From Azolla caroliniana (taxonomy: Eukaryota; Plantae; Polypodiophyta): a DNA stretch of 64,000 nucleotides. The position numbers were made by a program, and so were the translations under genes. Where the stretch lies: the NCBI GenBank assembly GCA_043228905.1, contig JBHGNT010000009.1, positions 8,928,001-8,992,000 of the forward strand, given 5' to 3'. The stretch's first letter is position 1. Each line of letters starts with the position of its first letter. The notes under the pieces are model-generated. The model was not told where the DNA came from. It saw only the letters and a program-made list of their open reading frames with translations, and searched no databases. This document shows, piece by piece, positions 48,139-63,344 of the stretch.

Positions 48139-50865
48139 TGTCCCCATAAAAATATCCTCCATTGGTATTAAATAAAGTGGCCAAAGGCAATATACAACAA
48201 AACAGTCTAGTATTACAAAAATTCAACATAATTAACTAACAAACTGTCGAACACTTGTGCAGCCAACAGTGGGCTCTTGAGACTACATTCCAAACCAAAA
48301 GTTCATCAACGAATTCTGAAGACCTATCCCGCATTCCATATTTCACATACATAGTGATATTTAGTTTTTCCCTCCAACATGTCCTTCTTCAGAATGTCAT
48401 CATAAATCTCTGTTCCTTTATTGATGGCTGTCCTGGTAATATAGGCCTTGAAGATACAATTGTATGTGATGTCATCCAATACGCATTGTGCAACTGGTCG
48501 AAGAAATCAAGAGTGTCTTCATTGCATCCATGTTGGAAGCAATCTTTGATGATCCTGAATCTATCATGATATTTTTGGCCTGTATGTTATCATCAAGATT
48601 CACTTCTTCAATATGCCCGGCATTGCCACCACTCTCAATCTTCAAATCGGTAAGCAGGTCAATATTCAGATTTGACATCTTAAACTGAATGCTTTCAAAC
48701 GTAGTTTCACTACCCAAAAGAGCTCCGTTCTCTTTATCATTTGACACCTCATCCACAGAAACATTATTTACCTTTCCAGAAGCGTTCTCTTTAAACTGTT
48801 TTACCATATGTGGCTGTTGTTGTTGAACTTAATACTTTGACTTTCTCTCTTGAAGAACCCCTCATGATTGCTTCAACCCCCACACCGTCGTCCCTCATCC
48901 TTTCAACATACTATTATGCTTCAATCCACACCACCATCTGTGGTTGCTATTGCTGAACTTGATACTCCTGATAAAAATGTACCAAAAAAACGAAGTAAAT
49001 GTAGAGTATTTCCTCACCCCTCATGATTGCTTCAGCCCCCACACCGTCATCACTCATCCTATCATCATACTATTATGCTTCAATCCACACCACCATCTGT
49101 GGCTAATGTTGCTGAATTGATACTCCTGATAAAAATGCACCAAAAAAACGAAGTAAATGTAGAGTATTTCCTCACCCCTCATGATTGCTTCAGCCCCCAC
49201 ACCGTCGTCACTCATCCTGTCATCATACTATTATGCTTCAATCCACACCACCATCTGTGGTTGTTGTTGCTAAACTTGATACTCCTGATAAAAATGCACC
49301 AAAAAAACGAAGTAAATGTAGAGTATTTCCTCACCCCTCATGATTGCTTCAGCCCCCACACCGTCGTCACTTATCCTGTCATCATACTATTATGCTTCAA
49401 TCCACACCACCATCTGTGGCTGTTGTTGCTGAACTTGATACTCCTGATAAAAATGCACCAAAAAAACAAAGTAAATCTAGAGTATTTCCTCACCCCTCAT
49501 GATTGCTTCAGCCCCCACACCATCGTCACTTATCCTGTCATCATACTATTATGCTTCAATCCACACCACCATCTGTGGCTGTTGTTGCTGAACTTGATAC
49601 TCCTGATAAAAATGCACCAAAAAAATCAAAGTAAATCTAGAGTATTTCCTCACCCCTCATGATTGCTTCAGCCCCCACACCGTCGTCGCTCATCTTGTCA
49701 TCATATTATTATGCTTCAATCCACATCAAAGTTTCCTCACCTACTCATGGTAGTCAGCTTCGGCCCCCCCACCATCTTCACTCATCCTTATCATAGATAA
49801 GAAATTCTTCATTCAGTCCACATCAACCATCCCGACGATTACCACCTAATATATAATGAGAAACCTAAAAACTTCTTTATTCAATCCACATAACAAAGAA
49901 AAGAGAAAAACAGTCTCCAAATCTGAAAATTAATGAAGACATAAGAAATTCTCCCTTTCACTCCCTAAATGCTTCATCCTTCATAAAAATCATCCATCCC
50001 TTCCATAGATTTTACAAAACTTAAGTTCATATGTAAAGAAAATATATTACATCCCAACTGTAAGAATGAAATAAGAATGGACTAGGCGGAGGAAACAACC
50101 ATCGTGGGGGCATGTAATTCCAACTATTTTCATGTGTCCCATCCAGCCATAGAGGTATTGGGCACCATATTTGACGAATTTTCCTTCTTTTCTTACATAC
50201 CTTTTCTGTTGTTCCTTTGATATTATCATACTCTCCCTTAACTGTGTGTATCAAGTTGTCCCAGAACATATTTATCATATCCACCACAGTATACTCGATT
50301 CCTTCATATTTCTTGATGCACGGACACTTCCACCATACCCATAAAGCATTAATCGAAACAATATTCCAAACCAAAGACCTTTTAAAATATTTAGCACCTT
50401 CAATGTTCGGGACAACCGCTTCAATTCTATTCTCCGATACATGCAATGCTTCTACACATCATTCCCCTTCATACATGGACACATGCACATCTAAAGACCC
50501 CCAAAAAACAGCTCCCCATGTAAAAATCGCTCCTTTATATTTACACGAAAACATCCTCAATATTCTTCCCCAATATTTTCAAGCTGCACTACAAGTCCAA
50601 AACAAATGTTTCAAAGTCTCCTCCTGTAATTGGCAACACACACTTTGACAATCAACAACTTGTCCTTTTAAATGAAAACCTACAGGTAACGCAAAATGAA
50701 GTAATAACCACTTAAATGAAATAGCTCTCCGTAGACATGGTAGAGCCCATAAACTCTTCCAATAAGCTGCCAAATATTGCGACGATATTGCACCTGACTC
50801 CCAATATTTTTGTGCAGCAGGAGGACTTACGCAATGCCGATGCAACAAGAAGCGTCTCCCATAAA
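48139..50865 (-). mobile_element. 5'-truncated L1-like LINE with long 3' region
   Basis: zf-RVT-like WLLLHFALPVG...CQSVCC...ETLKHLFWTC (50579-50848) and C-terminus 50027-50446; 16-bp TSD CTCATAGGTCATATTT at 48123-48138 and 50866-50881. Confidence 0.8.
48860..49725. repeat. ~159-bp minisatellite, about 5.5 copies
   Basis: CCTCATGATTGCTTCA recurs at about 48860, 49019, 49177, 49336, 49495 and 49656. Confidence 0.92.
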
Positions 50866-53620
50866 CTCATAGGTCATATTTGACCTCCGAAGACGATAAT
50901 ATAATCTATCTATCTATCTATTTATCTTACACACACATGCACACACCTCCGTTGCACATAATCACCCCTGATTCATTACACAGACAAACAAGATGATAGT
51001 TAGGTAAACACATAGAACGAAGATGGAGATAGGTAGAGAGAGAGAGAGAGAGATGTTATAGATCGGTGGAGCAGAGAGCCAAGACAAAATAGTTGAGGGA
51101 AGGAAAAACTTTGTTCATAAAAAGGGGAAAAACAAAAAAAACGATGGCTGCAATTTTCTGCTTGTATGTCGCTGAGGGATTTTTCTCTCACAGCCTATAT
51201 CTATAGAAGAAAAGCTAAGTAAAGAATAATAGCACCGGCCATTTTGGCCTTTTCACACTATGTACATATGTCCATGTACATATAACAATCTCCCATTAAA
51301 AGGCCGAAACTAAGAGTGCGAACAATAGAAGGTTGAACTATACATGCCTATACCTCCCACCTGATGGGCATGTTACATAAGGCACTAGGTGATCCCCATC
51401 AAGTGACAACAATGCCCTAATGCATCATGTGGTAAGGCCTTGGTCAATGCGTCTATAGCATTTTCTCGAGACACAACCTTCTCAAGGCTAATGCAACCAT
51501 TAGCTAAGCATTCATGAATGAAATGGTATCGCACTCCAATGTGCTTGGTCTTTGCATGATATACTGGGTTCTTAGCCAAAGCAATGGCACTTTGACTATC
51601 ACAAAACAATTTGGGTACATGTTGAGGTATACCCATGTCACTAGCTAATCGAGACAGCCAAATTGCTTCCTTACATGCCTCACTAGTTGCAACATATTTA
51701 GCCTTTGTTGTTGACAATGTGATACATTCTTAGAGATGGGATCTCCAAGCAATGGCGCCTCCCATAATTTGAAAAATGTACCATGAAGTAGATTTTCTAC
51801 TATCAGCACATCCAACATAATCTAAATCTGTGTATCCAATGATGGGCATGTTACACGTACTAAACTTTACATATGTAGGCGTTGGAGTGCTCAACGGCTT
51901 TGCATTCTCCATATTAAACCTCTTGAGTACTTTGGATATGTACTCAACCTGAGACAAGTAAATGCATCGTTTACTCCTATCACGAGTAATACGCATACCA
52001 AGAATATGTTTTGCGTCTCCCAAATCCTTCATGTCAAAAGTCTAACTCGAGTTTTTCTTCAACAAGGATAACTCATCCTTGTTTTTACCAACGATAAGCA
52101 TATCATCAACATAGAGTATCCATAGAACTCTCATCTGAACATTTTTTCGTATAAAGACAAGGATCCTCATTGCTTCTAGTGCACCCTTGAATCTTCATAA
52201 AAGCATCAAACTTTTGGTACCACAATCTTGGGGATTGCGTAAGCCTGTACAAGCTCTTCTTGAGTTTACATACTAAGTGTTCTTTGTCTAAGACTTCATA
52301 ACCTTCTGGTTGTTCCATATAGATCTCCTCATCAAGATCCCCATGCAAGAAAGTAGTCTTTACATCTATTTGGACTAATTCTAAGTCCTGATTCGCAGCC
52401 AATGCAAGCAACATACGCAATGTAGTCATCTTAACTATAGGAGAGAAAATTTCATCAAAGCCAACTCCTTGTTCTTGCTTGAAACCTTTTGCTACCAAGC
52501 GTGCTTTGTACTTTGGAGAAGTCTTATCAGATGTATATTTATACTTGTAGACCCACTTGCATGGTAATGCTTTCCTATCCTTTGGAAAAGATACTAAATC
52601 CCAAGTACCATTCTTATAAATACTATCCAATTCACTTTGCATGGCATGCTCCCAATTAGCATGATCACTAGCCAACATAGCTTCCTTATAACAAGAGGAT
52701 TCACCTGCATTTGTTAACATCACATAGTCCGTGAGCTTAGCAGGTGGCCTAGAGACACTAGTAGATCGTCTCACTAGTTGTTGTACCCGAGTCAGAATGT
52801 TCTTAGGTTGTACACATGTGTCATCATCTTGAACATCCTCATATGGCTGAACATATCTAGGATTGTCCGGCATAGGTGTGGGATTATTCTTTTGCACACT
52901 AATAGAGGGTGTAACATCTTGAAACACTACTTTCCTCACTTCCACTTCCTTAATTGGTTGCTTATGCATAATGTTTTCATTGAAAACAACATCACTACTT
53001 CTAACTGTAGTGCACATTTCAGGGTCCCATAAGCAATATTCAAACTGACCATCTATACCATAGCCAAGAAAAATACATTTTTTGCTTTTGAAATCTAGTT
53101 TCTGCTTTAACTGTTTTGGGACATGAACATATGCTTCACATCCAAACACTCGAAGATGATCATAGTAAGGGGTTTTTCAAGTCTACAGCTCATGTGCCAC
53201 TTTCAAGCCTTTGGCAATACTAGGTGTTAGATTAATCACATGAACAATAGTCCAAACTACTTCTGCCCAAAAACCTTGCGAAAGGTTTGCATGATGCAAC
53301 ATAGAAACAACTCTCTCCTGGATGATTCTATTCATCCTTTCAACATAGGAAGTGCCCCATGAGATAGACAACGTGCATAACAAAAAAACAGATTTCATCT
53401 CATCATCCATGGTCATCTTTTGGCTTGCAACTGAGACCATAATGCATCAAACTCATTTAGATGAGAAGCAACATTATCGGTGTCCTTCATGTGAAGGTCA
53501 TAGAGCTTTCTCATCCCAAACACTTTGTTTGCTGCAGTTTCCTTTTCATATTCGGTATTGCATAACTTTTTCCGAAGTTCTTCGGAATTTTTACTGTCTA
53601 AAACATTGAAATAAACACTA

Positions 53621-55131
<1,511 letters not shown>

Positions 55132-56094
55132 AGACATGGTCAAAGCATCAAGTTCCTCCCAATCATCATCATCCATGTCATCTGGATTTTTGGCTTTGCC
55201 GCCTAGAGGCCTCGTTTGCTTTCTTTGAACCAATACATCACGCATCTGATTCTTCCACAAAGCAAAATTAGATCCATCAAATTTGCGGATCTCAATATGA
55301 TCTTTTACCAAAATCGAATACTTCTTACATGAACTATTATGACCAACAGAAGTGCTACTAGATGCATCCAACGTTCCAGACTCCATGGGAGTGAACAACA
55401 ATATCAAACAACTGAGCACAAGAACTTATCAACTAAACATTAGAAGCAAGCAGCTAACCAACTTATTGCCCAAAAAAGCATTTCTCAAAATGATACCGAT
55501 GACTGCATATAACAAGCACCACTATGCATGCACCTTCCAAATATCAACTATAGTTGGCATCTGTTTCTAAAATCACAAGTTGTAGGCATCTGATATGCAT
55601 CCAATTTTATTCCAACTCTTTGCCGAATGTAGTGAGGTCTCCCACCACAACTTATTTCCTCTGACAAATATGTTGAACAAGCGTGAGAGTTTAAATAAGA
55701 GGAATACCTATGGATGGCAAGCTGTTTTTCTTCCTGTACAGGGAAAAACCCAAAAAATTGAAGATGCCCAACAGCAAATTGATGCTTCAACCGGGCGGCT
55801 CCAATCACCAACGTTACAGCTACAATTTCCCAAGCTCCCTATTGTGATCTCCCAAGATCTCTATTGTGATCTCCCAAGCTCTGATACCACTGTTATAGAT
55901 CAATGGAGCAGAGAGCCAAGACAAAATAGTTGAGGGAAGGAAAAACTTTGTTCATAAAAAGGGGAAAAACAGAAAAAGCGATGGCTGCCATTTTCTGCCA
56001 ATGTTGCAGGGGGGGGTTTTCTCATACACCTATAAAAGAAAAACTAAGTAAAGAATAAGAGCACTAACCATTTTGGCGTTTTCACATTATGTAC

Positions 56095-56137
<43 letters not shown>

Positions 56138-56143
<6 letters not shown>

Positions 56144-56249
56144 ATTATCATCTTCGGAGCTCAAATATGACCTATGAGACCAAAGAGGGAGAGAGATAGA
56201 TAGATTATATTATCGTCTTCGGAGCTCAAATATGACCTATGAGACCAAA
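56138..56249 (-). mobile_element. Two ~46-55-bp copies of the RTEX-like 3' tail within a (GA)n run
   Basis: Reverse complement TTGGTCTCATAGGTCATATTTGAGCTCCGAAGACGATAATATAATCT matches 48118-48138 plus 50882-50910. Confidence 0.85.
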
Positions 56250-56264
56250 GAGAGAGAGAGAGAG

Positions 56265-56299
<35 letters not shown>

Positions 56300-56374
56300 C
56301 TGCAAAAAACAAAGAACTCATTTTCAAAAAAAATTCACCTTACAATGTGTTCACAAAGCACTTTTCGGCTCATT

Positions 56375-57249
56375 TTAGCCACCATTCGTGTGCGCCTTTC
56401 TGCCTTTCCTCCCATGTCCACGGGGCCGATCTGCCTCCATGTACAACATCTCACCATCAAAGTACGTACTCCTCATGACACCTGCATGGTTCTCTTCGAC
56501 TAAAAACATCGATTGTAAGTCGAAGAAGGACGATGGCTTCTCTCTTGTGCAGATCGGTGTTCTGATTAGCTCATACCTCTGCACCAGACCACCAAGGCAG
56601 ATCTCCACCATTTCATCTTCATCCACCGTCACGTTGATGGACCCTAAGGCGTCGCAAATCTCCATGATCTTCGTGGTGTAGTCGGTCATCTTCAAATCCT
56701 TTTGTTCAATATTGTTGAGCTCCTACTAAAGCTGCAACTTGCAGGCCATGGTACTTGCGGCAAAAATCTTTTTCAAATTCTCCCAGGCCTCCTTTGGCAC
56801 CTTTGCATCTCGGATGTACCCCAACATCTGGTCATGCACATAGGACACAAGACAGTAAAGTACTCTACTTGTTGCTTGCTCCCAAACCGGAAAATCCTTT
56901 GTGTCGGCTTTGGTGCTACCTTGTTCGCTCCATCAATATAACTCCATACCCATTCCTGAGCAAGTATTGGTGCATCTTGTACTCCAAGATGCGTAATTAT
57001 TTCTATCCAACTTTTCTGTTTGTAGAGCGCTTCTGATGCCTTTGTCCATGTTCTTGTCTATTTCTTTCTAGAATTCGGTTGCTTGGTCTGTGTTGAAAAG
57101 TTGTGTCGGTTATAGAGGATTCTCCTAACCCTCACTCTCTGATACCATGAAAAAGGTTGTGAAAGGTTGCAAACAGACACAATCGGCTAAGCCAGACAAA
57201 CAATATGACAATTAGGTAAACACAAAGAACGGAGATGGAGATAGGTACA

Positions 57250-57300
<51 letters not shown>

Positions 57301-57592
57301 CAAACAACAAAGAATTATCTATCAAAAAGTTGTCAACTTACCTACAATGTGCTCATAGAGCACTTTTTATGCAAAGATACTGACACAAGTACAAGTGGTT
57401 CATTCATGAGCTTTGACAACTAATTTGCCTATATTATTCCTATAACTATACTAGGAAAACTAGGTCCTATTCGGCCGTACGGCCCCACATTCTAATGGCT
57501 TACAGTCGATTTGGCCCTATGGCCTTTCTAGCCTCTTCGGCCCTTTCGGCATCAAGCCGATCCAGCTTTTGGTTGAGCTTGACTTCTCAATA
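56375..57592 (-). mobile_element. Copia O: 5' LTR (57148-57592), iMet PBS (57137-57147) and gag N-terminus, truncated
   Basis: NYASWSTRCTN/YLLRNGY remnant; EICDALGSINVTVDEDEMVEICLGGL; LTR start resembles that of E. Confidence 0.82.
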
Positions 57593-58099
57593 GTGAGGAT
57601 TGGTAGGGGTTTAGGATTCGGATGTAGGTTTGGAGTTGGTGCCACTCAGGATAAATGCCTCAAACAGTCCTAAGCAACACTCATTTCATTAGTGGAATAT
57701 CTTTCCTAACTACCCCAACCCTAACACATCTTGTTCTATGCATGAAACGAGGATCGATTCATACATTTATCAAGCAAGTTAACTAGGAGACTTAATTTCT
57801 TTCTCCTTCTAAAGGCACGATAATCATAATATCTAGTTGGCTTTTGAGCATTCTCAACAAACATTTCTCATGCTTCGACATACCCATTAAATTGGACATG
57901 ATATGCAAATACAACAATGAATTCACACATAGGCTTGGAAGATCTCAAGATCCAAAAATGATGAATTGAAAATCAATCATGCTTTTCTTAACAACTCATG
58001 AATAGTTGTAACTGAGTCATGTGGGAATTAAAAATTTTAGAAGAGATTATATGATTTAATTGACCCACAAAACATTGAAATAGCTTGGTAATAACGCGT

Positions 58100-59340
58100 A
58101 AATGTGCATTATATACATTCGACCCAACATACTCCAAGTATCCTTATATTGAGCTAATTAAAATGTATAACCAAGTTCATCTCCCTTAATCGATTTCCAT
58201 AAATCCTATCATAACACCAACCGGAGTAAAATATCCAAACCAAACATGCTCAAAAGGAGGTGACCAATTAGAGAGAAAATTCCCTAAAGATAATTGAATT
58301 TCATCAAACATAGGTCTAAAACCCCTACATGGTAGCATCTAGTTGTGAATTATTAAGATAACAAACACAATTTCCCGAGAGTCTATCGTGGCAACTATAC
58401 CATTATCCAACTTAGCCCACTGTAATCGCGGTCTACTGGCAAACGATACACCCCTCTCATCAGAAAAAATAAAATTCCAAATCAAAGGTTGCCACAACAG
58501 TTCTTCAGTCGAAGATGGGCATCGATGAATAAAAAAACACTTATCAACATCCCACACTTAACAAATGCCAACCATAAAACCATCTATCGAACCATGTATC
58601 AGTCTCATCTTCAAATTTGACAAGAATGCCCATCTTAGAGATGGTTTCCAAAAACCCCCCGTAGATGGTTTAATATCAACCAATCAATTTAAAAGCAACT
58701 TTGACCATATACCTTGAGCAGGCAACATAGCCCTAACAACAAATTTTGCCAAAAGAGCCTTACATTGGTTGTCAGAGTCTGCCAACCCTAAACCACCATC
58801 AAAAAATTGTGTCGTAAGTGTCGACCAAGCTACCTTCGCACGAGCATCATTATTACTTCCTCCTATCCAAATAAAGTTTCGAACTAGTCGTGGAATCTGC
58901 AACAAACATGTAGATGCAATATACCACATCGATGAAAGGAGAACCTGATTAGCTATCATTACTCTGCCTACTAAAGGCAACTTTGTAGTGTCCCAAATCA
59001 ACAATTTTTTCCTACGTGATAACATTAGAGGAGCTAACAATCACTCTTTATGCATATTTATACCAACCTGACAGCCTAAGTAACGAACTGAAACTCTTTG
59101 AATCCAACAAAAAGACTCAGATGGTCTCCATGATGGCAACGGCCACATAGAAACCCAAAACCCCACTAATTTACACCAATTAACTTTTGCACTAGAGGCA
59201 GCACAAAATGTTTCCAATGCAGCCTGTGCTTTACACAAATTACCTTCTTCGGCACGCATGTATAGTTTTGTATCATCTGCAAACTCCACATCCAAAATCA
59301 TCTTGTTAGAGATCGGTGCGACCAGCCCTTGGATCCCAGC
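58100..59340 (-). mobile_element. L1-like LINE ORF2 fragment (RT C-terminal half)
   Basis: VEFADDT, RYLGCQVG, LPLVGRVMIANQVLLSSMWY, AKVAWSTL...GGLGL; left boundary approximate. Confidence 0.8.
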
Positions 59341-59345
59341 CCTTG

Positions 59346-62300
59346 CAAGCTTCCGACGGCAGAGGCATATGGTATCTTTATCATATCCGTCTTCTCCACC
59401 TTTGTCCTCAGACTTTGTTTTCCAAATAGTTTGCAGTTTGCCGAAAGTGTCGATCCAACCGGCTTCGCCTCCGACATGTTGAACTGTTGAAGCACCTTTG
59501 TCACGTACTTCTCTTGTGACAACCACAACAGCTTCTTCGACTTGTCCCGGATTATGTGCATTCCCAATATCTATCTTGTCGGATCCAAGTCTTTCATTGA
59601 GAAGGTCTGATTCACAGCTTCTTCGGCATCTGAATCTTGCCTTGGTCTCGTCCGACGATCAACATATCATCCACATATAGGAGTATCAAGAAATCTCCTC
59701 CATCAAATTTCTTCATAAACACGCAGTGATCGGCCGGCATCTTGTGGTACCCTTGGTCGGTCATGAAGGAGTCGAACTTTTGGTACCATTGCCGGGGGGC
59801 TTGCTTCAATCCGTATAAGCTCTTCTTCAGCCGACACACCAGGTGCTCCTTCCCTTTCTTCTCAAATCCTTCCGGTTGATGCATGTAGATCTCTTCTTCA
59901 AGGTCGCCATGTAGGAATGACGTCGTGACGTCCAGTTGCTCTACCTTGAGGTCCATGCTTGCCGCTATGCTCAATATCATCCGGATGGATGTCATCTTTA
60001 CTACTGGGGCAAAGATCTCATCAAAGTCCACTTCTTTCTTCTACTGGAAGTCCTTCACCACGATTCGGGCCTTATACCTTGGTGGATTTCCAGCATCTCC
60101 CGATTTCAACTTGTACACCCACTTGTTCCGGAGTGCTATCATTCCTTTCGGCAACTCTGTTAGTTCATATGTGTGGTTCTCATGCAGGGAATCCATCTCA
60201 TCCTCCATGGCACTCAACCACCTGCGGTTGTGGGTGTCTCTCTTTGCTCTTCGAAGCTTTCCGGCTCCCCCTCATTGGTTAGCAACACATGCACTGCATC
60301 CGGAAATCTTCGGGGGGCTCTTCTCTCTCGAAGAGGATATCTCCATCCTTGGTTTCTGACTGTCGATTCCTCCATTTGTTTCTCAACCGAATCCGATTCG
60401 GGATCTTGTCCGGTTCCAGTGTCTTCTTCTTCTTCTTCTTCTTCTTCTTCTTCTTCTTCTTCTTCTTCTTCTTCTTCGGTTGGTTCGGTTTCTTGTTTGT
60501 ATCTGTACGGTTCTTCGAGTGTCATCCGGTTACCGGTTTCCAACCAGGTATATCCTTGTGTCCTCAAGCCGGTTTTCATTGGATGATCCGGAGTTCATCA
60601 CCTTCGTCTCCGACTCCCAGTCGGCAATGGTCCTGTCTTCCATGAAGACTATGTCTTGACTTCGGAACACCTTCTTGTCGACCAGATCACACACCCAGTA
60701 ACCGAACTCATCATCGCCGTATCCAAGAAATATGCATGGCCAAGACATCGGATCCAGCTTTGCTCTCTTGTCCTTCGCCACCTACACGTAAGTGAGACAT
60801 CTAAAGACCTTTAGATGCCGGTAAGACACATCCTTACTAGTCCATACTCTTTGCGGTGTGTCTCCATTCAAGGGTATTGAGGGTGATCAATTTATCAATG
60901 CCTCAGCCCCAAAACTTCTTGGGTAACTTGGCATGTGCGAGCATGCTCCGGACTCTCTCCATCACGGTCTGGTTCATCCGTTCAGCCAGCCTGTTTAGTT
61001 CTAGCGTCTTCAGCACGGTAAATTCAAGCTGGATTCCCTTCGACTGGCAGTACTCCTCGAACTGCCCCCGGTATTCTCCTCCGTTGTCCACTCGAACCGC
61101 CTTCAGCTTCTGGCCGGTTTCTCTTTCCACTCTCGCGTGGAGCTCCTTGAAGACGGATAACACTTGATCCTTCGTCTTCAGTGGTGAAACCCATAGCTTC
61201 CAGTTGTGGTCATCTATGAACGTCACGAAGTACTGCGCTCCGGCATGTGACTTCGTGTCCACTTGACACACATCGATATGCACCAACTCCTGTGGTGCAT
61301 TCCGTCTCATCGGTGGTCTTGACCAAAAGGAGGTTCAGTTTTGCTTGTCGATCAAGCAATCGGTGCACTTCTCAAGATGCACGTCTTTCACCTCCGGAAT
61401 GATGTTGTCTTCGGCAAGTCTTCTCATCCCCTTCTGGTTCATGTGACACGGTCTCTATGCCACAGCTCACCGGCAGTGTCGGATGCTACGTTCACGTCTT
61501 CTCGGCATATCCATGCATTCATCAGGTACAGGGCGTTGACCTTCTGGGCTCGAGCCACTATTAGGCTCCCTTTGCAAAACTTCATGACTCCATTCCGGAT
61601 GCTACCCATGTAGCCTTCATCATCTAGCCGATCGGCTGATATCAAGTTCAGTCGAACCTCCGGAACGTGTCGGACATCCTTCAGCAGCAACTTGCATCCG
61701 GTTGATGTCGTCAACAACACATCTCCAATGCCGATAATTCGGCATGTACCTTTATTCCCCATCTAGACACAACCATGATCATCGGTTGTGTAGGATGAGA
61801 AGCATTTCTGATCCGGTGTCACGTAGAACGACGCTCCAGAATCGACAACCCACGTTGTCTCATCACCGACAAGGTTTAACTCATTCTCCTCGGTAATGAG
61901 CATCAGTTCCTCTTCACTTGTCGCGATTGCCGACATTCCTTTCTGATCCGGGCCTCTCCGGTCCGAACCGTTTCGGTCCGAACTCTTCTTCGAATCGGTA
62001 GTGCCGGTTTCTTTCTCTTTCCGAAAATGCCAACAGTTCTTCTGGAAGTGCCCCAGCTTCCCACAATAAAAGCAAGTAGGCCTCCCCCTTGACTTCGACC
62101 TTGTCCCAGTTTTGGGGACTCCGATACCGGCCTCTTCCCCAGTCGTGGTCATCTTCCATGACCAAGGCCTTTGGATCGGTTCCGAACTCTTGGTCCTTTC
62201 AGCGAGCTTCTTCATCTAGCAAGCTTGATTTTACCCTTGCTAGGGACAATTGTTTTCCTTCCGGCCCGACGTTGCCCAATGTGACAACTAGCGTCTCCCA

Positions 62301-63344
62301 ACTATCCGGGAGGGAACCGAGCATGAGTAATGCGAGTACCTCATCGGCGAGAGGTACTTCCAACGACATGGCTTGATGTATCAACCCCTAGAAGGCATTC
62401 ATGTGCACCGCCATACTGGAGCCGTCTTGGTATCGGATCCTCACTAGCTTCCGGAATACCGAAACCCGATTAACAACATTCTTGTTCTAGAACATGATGT
62501 CGATCTTCTCCCAGAGTTCATGAGCCTTACTTTCTTCATTGAAGTTGTTGTACAGGCTCATGTCAATGAAGCACCGGATGTATGTCCTCGTCTTCATGTG
62601 CATCACCTCCCACACTGTGGTGTCGATCTTATCCGGTCTCTTGTCCCTGAACTGAACCGGCAACCAAAGATCTTTAACCACCAACATATCCCTCATCTTC
62701 AACTTCCACACTGAGTAGTTGGAGCCGGTGAGCTTGAACATGCCGCCGAACAATTCTTCCATTTCCTGTGTTGTTCACTCTGATACCAGTTTGACGAGAA
62801 TAGCGCGGAATATTGCTCGGCCACAACTAAGTCTTGAATCACTTCGATGAGAATGAAACACAGAAATGGGAATAGAGATGAATACAAAGGAGAGTACATA
62901 GGATGTTTACATGGAAAACCCTGAATGGGAAAAAACCACGGGAGTCCACAGACTCCAACTATCACTATATGAGAACAATACAATCAGAGGCTCGGAGGCA
63001 ACTACCTTGAGCTTTGTATCTTCGCTAGGCGGCGGTTACAACAGAGTATCGCTCTATATCTCACTCTTTCTCTGTACAGCAGTTATACACATACAACAAT
63101 ATGACAACAAATCAACACTCATCACACATAAAGCGATTGCCCTAAGTCATATTTATACTTATATGAACTTAGGGCTATTTACAAATATAGCCTCAAAAGG
63201 CTTATTCAGAACATATTTACAAATATGTCTTCTCTTCTGGTTCTCACCAGGTCCATCCGATCCGGTTTCTGGATCTCTTCCAGTTCTCACCGGGTCCTCT
63301 TCATTCATAACCGGATCCCATCCGGAGGGACCGATTTCCCAACA
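59346..63344 (-). mobile_element. Copia N (A family), degenerate, 3' end lost
   Basis: 5' LTR 62792-63344; PBS 62778-62788; gag MEELFGGMFKLTGSNY from 62762; ends in RT at KIPYASAVGSL; (TTC)n expansion 60422-60477. Confidence 0.9.

Larger units (their letters stand above)
45399..50980 (+). mobile_element. Copia K RNase H tail and 3' LTR (45655-50980), the LTR split by LINEs
   Basis: MADIFTKALGIDKLR; PPT GAAGGGGCG 45646-45654; LTR start TGTTGAGAATCAAACTCAACTTCC as in D; LTR end ...AATCACCCCTGATTCATTACA. Confidence 0.8.

Noticed and set aside
49027-49662. 211-aa ORF with 53-aa repeats
   Set aside because: A by-product of the 159-bp minisatellite; neighbouring units of 158 and 161 bp break the frame, and no domain is recognisable.
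48860-49725. CRISPR-like array, or repeated exon-intron units (GTGAG...TTTTTATCAG on minus)
   Set aside because: Whole units are repeated with no unique spacers; the putative intron is only ~50 nt and the exon has stops in all minus-strand frames.
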